From Paraglomus brasilianum (Eukaryota), in contig CAJVPI010000189.1 in NCBI GenBank assembly GCA_910592345.1, positions 1-44,251 of the forward strand: DNA of 44,251 nucleotides. The letters are read 5' to 3'. Position numbers and translations under genes: made by a program. Positions 35,346-44,251 of this stretch are shown piece after piece. The notes under the pieces were generated by a model. The model made no database searches and was not told the origin of the DNA. It saw nothing but the letters and a program-made list of their open reading frames with translations. Each line of letters opens with the position of its first letter. The first letter of the stretch is position 1.

Positions 35346-37355
35346 AGCAAAGACCGAGAATAATTTACTACGCCGGACATGCAAGCGGCCATTGTGTACT
35401 GCGGTATGATCACACGTTTCCATATGGAAACAACTTACTCTTTGTTTGATTATTCGTGAATTTTCTATTATTTAAACTATCAGACAGACTTTTCTAGTTT
35501 GTGGTAACATATGGACGTCATTATTTGTAGATAAACGTAAAACAAGTACAACTCAACACAAACGTTCGATCATTTGCTTTTGTCCTTCTTTTTTCAGAAA
35601 TAAATGTAATTGCGCAGCGCCACGCTGCGCTCCGCACTAATGCGTCATCATAATGAGTCGCAACTACTAAAATTACGGTTTGTTAAAAAGAATGTACAAT
35701 AGCGTTTTCCAGTAATAATAAGCATGTCGAAAACTTATAAATAGAGAGCCAGCTTCAGCTTGCAATTTCCATAGACTGTAAACGTCATATACCAGTCACA
35801 AATATCGCTGCTACAGTAACTGTCATAATATAACTCGCCACAAAGCCATCGATCTCTACTAGTTGGAATGCTCCAACGTAATACCGCGCATCACACAAAT
35901 GAAATTTGCGCTGGACACAGACATCCTTTTACTCGGCCTCGCGGCCAAAAGAAACAAAATCACGCTTTGTTAACTACGATGACTATCATCCACCGTCGGA
36001 CGGTTACGAAAAGCGTCGCCGTTTGCTAACGAGACGACTGTCCATCGGCGGGCGGGGAAGTCAAACTGGCACTGGCCATTAAAAAAATTTTTATATATAT
36101 GTATATGAACTTTTTTTTTTAAGACAGTTCCTACCTTTATTTTAAGTTAGACTTTATTATTATGTACTTTATTTTATGTCTTTATAATATGATTTTTTAA
36201 GGTGAGCAATATACAGTTCACTGGTCTCCTTATTATTATGTACGTTATTAACAATATGATCGAGCAATACGATCCCTGTTTCACTTTAAGTTAGGCTTTA
36301 TCCCCTTTATTAATATGACAATCACCCATAATTAAGCGTTTGTCCACTGCCCCTATCAAGAAGTATAATTATGAGCAAACAAATAAGGGACTGTTCTTCG
36401 ATGAATTGTATTGGATAGATAATAATAGTAATAATAATAACCAATGTGTAAATATAAACGTGTAAATAAATATGTAAATAGTTGTAAATAAACATGTGAC
36501 CAATATGTCATGCATAATACCATGGGTCCGGTTCATGTCTTCGCCGAAAGGCTTTTTAATAGTTATCATTACCCCATAATGGAAACGTAAAGATAGTGCA
36601 GAATTGTGGATGAATGAGTACCCTCCTTTTGGCGTATTGAACAAAAATATGCGATTGGGTTTATCTCATGTAATCAAATACTATACTGTATATCGAATCC
36701 TACAGCCAAATAATGACTAGAAACCGGTAGATAGCGTCAGAAATAGTACCGACTTTATAATTCTGCACTATTGCTATTATGGATAATGATAGTCATTAGA
36801 CCAAATGTACTGTCGGCGAAATGTTCGTCGATGTTGATGAAATGAATATTACAGCATTACCCGATGTGTACACAATTTTTATTAATACTCGGTAAGGCTT
36901 ACTGCGCTTTCGATACAATCATAGTATCACTGTATTTGGATCAGAACAAACGTTTTTCAGGGGAAATGTTAATTTTGTTAATGAGGAGATGCATTGAATG
37001 AAGGGGATTGGACTGTTTTATGTAGCTTGCCTGTTTTGGTACAACCTGTGTCGCTTGCATAAACTGTACGGTACCGTATAAAAATACCTGCATTTGTATA
37101 TGTATAAACCTTATAAATACAGTCAGACTCATATCGCCGAGACCTCATAATTTATGCATTAAGAGGAGGTATGCAACATGTAGGGAGCAAAGCAATTGAT
37201 TGGATATTCTCTTTGGACATGATAATAGGAGACTACCAATATCAATTAAAGAAGCAACAGAATCACTTAACAAATTGGTACAATTTTTTGGGGGTCAGAA
37301 AGGTATTAACATAGTGATAGCTAAGTTCCTGGGATACCGTTACGTAAAAAATGAT

Positions 37356-37600
37356 CTCAACAGCTCGATGCCCCGATCAAATTTGGAATTATTGCCTTAA
37401 ATTGGTAGGGGCATTGACTAAATTGGAAATTGTTTATTTTTCACATGAACCCGACTTATTCACACGATTTTTTATTAATTTTATCTGTCACCCAAAACCT
37501 AAATACAGTATTACTCTATTTACAAAGGCTGTTGAGAACTGATGCCCCTACTTGTACTGTATACATTTCCAAATTTGATCGGGGCATCAAAGCAGTTGAG
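37356..37600. mobile_element. MITE with long TIRs
   Basis: GATGCCCCGATCAAATTTGGAA / TTCCAAATTTGATCGGGGCATC plus outer CTCAAC/GTTGAG and inner TAGGGGCAT/ATGCCCCTA inverted pairs. Confidence 0.8.
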
Positions 37601-37927
37601 AAGGCCCTTACAATACGAGGTAACCATATGTAGTCAACCATAGGTTAGGGTGTGTTACGCAGTTAATATGCTTACTAAGATCAAAAGTTTAATTGTACGG
37701 TTGTTATTTTATATAGGAGCAATATCCTCTGGAAAGCAATGTTATAATTAAGGATATATAGTAATGCGAGGGGATTAACAATTTGCGTCAATCGTTTGTA
37801 GAAATTAAAAGAACACAACTTCATTACTGCCAACGTTTAAATCTTAACTGCCATAGAGACCATATTTATTCATAATTTGTGCGATTATTATCATAGGAAA
37901 CATACTAAAAATTTTTATGTAATATAA

Positions 37928-38478
37928 TTACATATTATTGTGCTTAAGGCGAAGAAGCAACCGCGCTACTTCGATATCTGTCAATTTTCCCTCTTGAGTC
38001 GGTTGCTTGGGAGGATATCTTGCTCCTTGCGTCGCAAGTATTAAACTTACTTGGCCTATAAAACTGGTTAGACTTTCTGTTGTCTACCAAATAAAAGGGG
38101 GAGATTAATTAGTGTAATATTGTAACATTTCTAGACAAGATTTCAATTGCTTACCCAGTTAGCAAACATTCCCTTATCGTTACTGCTCCCTTCTTCTTTG
38201 ACTTCTTCGTGAACGTCCATCTTCAGCTCATCCGCTAACTTGTAAACTTTTTCTAGCTTACTTTCCACGGTTCCAAGCTCCTTTTTCCTTTGTTGGCATT
38301 TTTTACAACCCTTTCTAGGCTTGATCGTAGCTTGTCGATTGCGTTGTTTAACTTTCATAATCGGGAGATGCCCCGTAAAATCAGTTTCCCTTGATTTACG
38401 CTCCTTGCGTTTGCGCGGTGGATCAGCTACAGCTTGTGTAGTTTCTGAGAGATTGATGCTATGTTTCTCACAGCTCAT
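37928..38478 (-). CDS. Small-gene family member, intact, 159 aa, single terminal exon
   Basis: Exon 1 38478-38155 (MSCEKHSINLSETTQAVADPPRKRKERKSRE..CKKCQQRKKEL..FANW), 71-nt GTAAGC..TTGGTAG intron, exon 2 38083-37928 TTESLTSFIGQVSLILATQGARYPPKQPTQEGKLTDIEVARLLLRLKHNNM*. An in-frame upstream ATG could extend the N-terminus. Confidence 0.88.
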
Positions 38479-38558
38479 TGCTGATATTGGAAATATGGCG
38501 AGTGTCATATAGCGGTATTTATAATATGCTAGTGTGATACACATTTCGGTATAATTTC

Positions 38559-38671
38559 CGGTTCAGCGCGAGTGGCCGATTGAATGTTTATTAAGCATTT
38601 GAATCGTGGTTGAATAATATGAAAGGGTTCAGCGCGAGTAGCCGATTGAATGTTTATTAAGCATTTGAATC
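38559..38671. repeat. 46-bp direct duplication just upstream of the 38 kb gene
   Basis: GGTTCAGCGCGAGT(G/A)GCCGATTGAATGTTTATTAAGCATTTGAATC occurs twice. Confidence 0.9.
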
Positions 38672-38799
38672 CTGGGGAATTATTATTGAATTAGCCATTT
38701 TGTTGACTGCCTATCACGATTTGTACTGCCTAATATAGTAATTTATACACACAAAAAGCATAAGGTTAAATGATTGTACGCCACTCTATAATCCGATTT

Positions 38800-39150
38800 A
38801 ATAAAGCGCGCATTTACCACAATTACAATATCCCCCCCTTTCCACCAAAAATCTTAATAATGAGTTTCAAGTATTTGAACATAATCGGGTCTACCAATCT
38901 AAGCCTCTGCCAGAAAAAATCAAACCTCCACCCCCCATGAAACCACATTTTCTATATTAAATCTTGTTCCGGGAGACAACCTGGACCCATCATTCTTGAA
39001 TACTGTAAAGCGACTTTCATCTCTCCAAATGAGACTTTCACAATCCCTTTTTTTAACATACCAATTCTCTTTGCCGATCGGTAAGTAAAGATTTGGATGT
39101 CGGAATGCGAGACTATAACATATAAAAAGTTTAACTTCAGTCATTATGCA
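38800..39150 (-). mobile_element. Degenerate Tc1-like transposase remnant
   Basis: LIWRDESRFTVFKNDG..VVSWG resembles the Tc1 WSDES.F...MVWG region. Confidence 0.7.
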
Positions 39151-40189
39151 CACTTTAGAGCAATTAATAAAGTTAGGGTGTGCCTGATAGACGAAATTTG
39201 AAACAATAATATACTATAAAGTTATTTTTAGAATAAACCGCTCCCATTGATGGTGGTGATCATCAAAATCAAAACTCTTCCCAAAGTTAATGTTAGAGTG
39301 TAATTTAACCCTTTCCAGATCGATAAATTAGTTTTATTAATATTAAATATAAACACTAACACTATTTAGGGAGGGGGTTTACTTAATAAAGAGTTTTAAC
39401 AATCACGTCGATTAAACAGATTTTCCTTTATTATAGGTTCTAGCTAACTTTATATAAAAAGCTTGACTCTAATTGCTAACTAAGAATTGTGTTATGCTAC
39501 TTTGTTTCATCGAATTTACCCTTTTTTCACGAATGAACTTCTCCAAACTATTGACGCCTTTTAAATAGCTGCTGGCGCCCTCTTGTTGAATTAGAAATGA
39601 CAATATCTACATTAAAACAATTAAAGTTCTTTTGCTAGTTCAAAGCTATTGTAAAATGAAACAAACAGTTTCTAATTAAAACATCGAAAAGAAATACTTT
39701 GCACAGTTAGATCTATAACAATAATAATAATCCTTCTTCTGTTTCAAAACAGGATCAAACTCAAACAGTGAAAACAAAGAAAATACCAATGCTTCACAAA
39801 GAAATCTTAACATGTAAAACTGTATCTATAACAGATAATGTTGTGCGCGTGAACATGTTTGAAACTTGATACTGTATTTGAAACAGTCAGATCGATTCTA
39901 GAATAATCTGCAAAAAAATCTCGAAATCTGATTGGTGATCGACATTGTTAGCGACGCTTATATCGAATACTTCAAATAAAACGATAGAAACATACTTTTA
40001 CGAGTATACAGTTTCATAATCCCCAGGAATCCCCACAACTTTACATAGTAGCTTTCTATTAAATTTGGTTTAAATTTACACCTCGCTGTACTATGAACGC
40101 AAAAAAATTTTACCTTGTCTGTTCGAGTCTCTTGCCAACGTCTATGACGAAAGTCAGTCAACAAGATGTGAGACTAAGCAGAGTCAAAA

Positions 40190-41300
40190 ATGGCGACATG
40201 CAGCAGCTAATGTTGCAGCAAAGGAAATAAAAGAAACGGTTAAATATTTCCCGGAACTATCTGCATTATTTGACTCGTTAGAAAATTACTCATTGTGCAA
40301 AAGACACTATAACCAAATTAGTCCATTAATAAACGAGTTACTAAAACAGAAGAAAAGACCAAAACTCTCTAGCGATATCGAATTGTTAGAATTCGAAAAG
40401 ACTTCTGAATTTGGAGTCCAAGTATCCTTGCTGGATCCAGCATGCGAAGATCATGAAACGGATACAAGATCTATCATCTGAGAATGTAGCATTAAAGAAG
40501 CGGTTAGATGAAGCATTTAATGACCAACAAGGGGTCGTATTAGGACTGTAGCTCGTTTTAATAGGCCTTCATTAAGACTTGCAGCTAGACGAACATTCGC
40601 ACCGATTTGGTCTGCTCGGCGACATTCTATTTACCGGTTAATTGAAGTTACTGCCGAAGATCAAAGATTACGATTAAGACCCGAAATTTACGAGTTGATT
40701 CAAGAAAGAATTATAACTTCACGTTCTAAACTATCGAATCAACATCAAGATCATGACGTAATATTGGAAGAATTAACAAAATGCTCAAATCTTTAGTTCC
40801 TGCTGGTGAGATAGCAGCACGTAGTTATACAAAATTTTTTGAAATTGCGTACTAACCTTTTTAATTTAATGAAAGTAAAATGCACGGACCTCGTACACGT
40901 CCTAGCTTTACTGCTGAATCACGTCGATTTCGGGTTCGAATAATAAAGACCAAATTTGTAAACCCAAACCGCCAATAATCGTGGGTTTCAAGACATAAGT
41001 GGAGTGGATGCTAAGTGAAGAAATGAAAGATTTGGTAAAATTGCTCGTAGGAGAAGAATAGACTTTATTAAAGCAAAGCCAACTAAAGAAACATCACTAG
41101 GCGTTTGGCAATCAAATTCCAATAACACATGAAGAAACAAATCGTCAGAAGGCTGAAAGTTCATTAACGAAATCACAGATATTAGCCATAATCAACTCCT
41201 TAAGTCTTTTTTAGGTGAATCAGAACGGTTTCGAGGTTTATCAAGTAAATCCCGTGCCGACTTGGTGAACATTCTTCAAGAAGTTAGAAATATAATAATA
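40190..41300 (+). pseudogene. Decayed coding-like sequence of unknown, possibly TE-associated, family
   Basis: Open stretch KEIKETVKYFPELSALFDSLENYSLCKRHYNQISPLINELLKQKKRPKL..*ENVALKKRLDEAFNDQQ, broken by stops and frameshifts. Confidence 0.4.
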
Positions 41301-43817
41301 ATATCTGAAAATAGTATTAATATTAATAGGATATGTGCTTCCACAATCGAATCCTAGACTTGGTTATCCCTATAAACAGTATGATCTGCAACATCTGGGC
41401 ACAATGGATTCATCGATACATTAATTGCAAGCAATTTAGCTGGTACTGATGTTTATTATTAATAAAGTTTATAATGGTTACTAATATAAGACATACAATA
41501 GACACTTAGTTTACAATTGACAAATTTACACTTAGTAAAAAACAAACAGCCAATCGTAAGTAATAAAAATGACAACAGGAGAATGCGTTCAAAGCGAACG
41601 TTCAAAAGGTCACCTTTGTGCCAATGTGATATTCGATATATCTTCTATTCGCTATCTAAAGTGATGCAAGACAGGCGTAACTGGAAAACAATCTAAAAGT
41701 TTACATAAAAAGTAGTTTTTGGTTCTAAGTAAAGTCAACGTACAGTTGAGTAATAACTGTGCATTTCACCATTCTCGAGAAAGTATAACTATGAGCAAAC
41801 AAATAAGAGACCAAGAATGATATTGAATAGACAATAATAACACCAATAACTGATGTGTAGATATCAACGTGTAAACAAATATGTAAATACTGTAGATGTA
41901 AATAAATATGTGACCAATATGCCAAGAAACCACTTGTCGATCTGTTTGTTTGTAAATCGTAACTATATTATTATTAAGTTTAAACTCTAACTCTAACGAG
42001 GTATACTTTCTGCTACGAAATTAATTAAATTAACCATTGTCCTTAACCGCAACAGCGAATTGTCAGATTTCACTTATGTTAAACATGCTCGATTAGATTG
42101 GGATCTGAAGAATGTGCGGGTTTATGAAAGTGATATTATTATATTATCATCTTTTCGGTTAACGTCTCTTTTGTTCAACAAACTAGGTTAATAATATCTT
42201 ATAAGTGTCTGTCCCAGTCTATCCAGAAGATTATGTTTTTTGCGAAACTCGATATAGCCAATTGCATTAATCTGTCTTCTGTTAACGGCAGACAACATTC
42301 TGTCCCGTCCATTGCCAACTCAAGTATCGCTATTATAGCAAATACAATCGTAAAATTCGCTTTATATGGGTAACTTTATTTTTTGACTCGTCAAAATCTC
42401 TGCAGGGATATTATTACGGCGTTTCGATTCCATATATAACCTCAGCTCGGGTATTGGCTTTCCTTTATTATGAAATACATTAAGGTCTGATCACTGCGTT
42501 TATGTGAATATGAGTTGGAAACAAGTTGGGAATAACCTCGTCTCCAATAGTTTTATGATCTCAGACACAATCTATACTTAATAAGCAAAATTTAATATGC
42601 TTTGTCAACTGTCCGAGGAACAAATAAAATCTCTCAACCTTCCAGACTATTCTTTCTGTCAGGCATTACGTTGTCCCATGCAACTCGTTGTAATGAAGCA
42701 CCACTGTTGAAGCATCAACCAATTATTTCAGATTACTTGGCAAATACATAACTGACAAACAAGCTATCCACATCGCATGTCTGTACAGGTGATTTGTGCA
42801 TATAATAATGTTGCGGATTAAATTTAGCAAGTCGAAACGGGCATTTCCGACATCAATATTACCTGAACAAGAAAGCCAAATTATAAATCACAAGAAAATC
42901 GAGTATAAACTTTTCCAAAGTTATACGATGAGAACATTCGATTTTATTTATAGGTACAGCTTTATGCAGTACCACAATGCAGATCTGGATTTTCCCCGTT
43001 CGGGATATATAGCATTATCAATAATTCGTGCACCAATAAAATTAAGCACAGCCACAATAATTACAATTAGGTACATGCGACAGCGAAGGCAAATAGTGAC
43101 AACCCAAATCCCAGAAAGGACCAGAACAATTGCATGCATATCAACTGTTTTTCACCATTGACTCGACAATGTATTACCATCATAAAAGTTAATTATGAAT
43201 CCGACTTTTACCTCAATAGTAAGTTTCAATCAACGTAATCGTAATATGATACTTTATTTTAACACAACTTGAAACAAGAGTATGCACACACGTTTTTATA
43301 AGATAATAAAACTCCGGAGATTTGGTACCGTATTATATATCACAATGCAGTAAAATTAAAACACGTGTACATATTAATAAAACCAAAAGCACATGCACCA
43401 CTAATGTAACCATGTGTTTATTACCTCGGTCTTCATCATTATTACTTCTTGGTACAATTAGGACTATGTAACAACAGTGTACTGTTTGTACGAATAACAA
43501 CAATTCCATGCAAAGTGGTCATTGTAAGCAAAAAGTGCACCATAGCATTAATGCAGATCTCCGTTGTGACCGGAAATCGTTGTGTTTACTGCATCGGCAA
43601 GCCGTAGTTTCTAGCATTAACGCGTATATTTTATTGTGTAATATTTTTGACGATTATAATTCTTTTACTAACAAATTCTTAAATGTACTTTCATCATATG
43701 CTTAACAAAAAATTCAATCGAAGATTACGAAAAAGAGAATAAATGTGAAGTTTTTAAAATTAAAAATTATATAGTTTTAAAAAAAAATTTTGCCCGTAAT
43801 TGCCCCCAACTCCTGAG

Positions 43818-44251
43818 CTACAGGGAATTATCGTGAATCCGGTCTACCGAGCTACTTTCAAGCACCTGGCTAATTCTATGTACAAATTGATTTAGACTTT
43901 CTGTTGTCTATCAAATAAAAGGGGAGGAGGAAATAATTAGGATAAAGATTTACGTAATAATTATAACATTATTCATTTATAGACAAAATTTTAATTACCC
44001 AGTCAGCAAACATTGCGTTATTGTTACTGCTCCCTTCTTCTTTGACTTCTTCGTGAACATCATCTACGCTCATCTTCAGCTCATCCACTAACTTTTCAAC
44101 TTTGTCTAGTTTGCTTTCGACGGCTCCAAGCTCCTTTTCCCTTTGTTGGCATTTCTTACAAACCTTTTTGGGCCTAGTTATAGCTTGTCGATTGCGTTGT
44201 TTAACTGTCATAATCGGGAGATGTCCTGTATAATCAGTTTCCCTTGATTTA
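43818..44251 (-). CDS. Small-gene family member, 5' part beyond window; proximal-type exon 2, lacks the C-terminal motif
   Basis: Exon 1 >44251-43999 (KSRETDYTGHLPIMTVKQ..FADW|GTAATT), acceptor TTGATAG, exon 43907-43818 TTESLNQFVHRISQVLESSSVDRIHDNSL*. Homology to other copies stops at ~43858. Confidence 0.75.

Larger units (their letters stand above)
34405..38070. repeat. Segmental duplication copy B, paralog of 7185-10616
   Basis: Collinear shared blocks as listed for copy A; the copies differ by independent MITE insertions and a tandem expansion. Confidence 0.9.

Noticed and set aside
35920..35960. U2 snRNA (CTCGGCC..GGC hairpin resemblance)
   Set aside because: Lacks the GTGTAGTA branch-point recognition sequence and an Sm site.
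42796..43705. ORFs at 42.8-43.7 kb as genes or a named transposase
   Set aside because: No recognisable motif on either strand; possibly decayed coding DNA, but not supportable.

Overview
Eukaryotic, AT-rich, intron-containing genomic DNA. It is most likely from an early-diverging fungus of Mucoromycota/Glomeromycotina type, inferred from the kinase fragments, a Crinkler-type effector, short GT-AG introns and TE content; no database search was run. The window is an accessory, duplication- and TE-rich region flanking one housekeeping-type gene (VPS9-domain protein, minus strand, ~29.85-33.5 kb). Other contents: the 3' end of a TKL-type kinase, a decayed MON2 copy, an intronless 275-aa orphan ORF, and an apparently intact 6-exon, 522-aa effector with SHOCT-like N-terminus, NLS micro-exon, PD-(D/E)xK-like nuclease and CRN-type kinase. 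There are also many TA-flanked MITEs and Tc1/IS630 remnants. The most striking unexplained structure is a local family of about 7 co-oriented copies of a small spliced gene (~160 aa: basic NLS, CxxC, coiled coil, C-terminal LTDIE.ARLLLRLK motif). Copies are at every stage from intact to remnant, show duplication of the terminal exon, and lie within multi-kb segmental duplications that carry a conserved GC-rich block with stem-loop potential.
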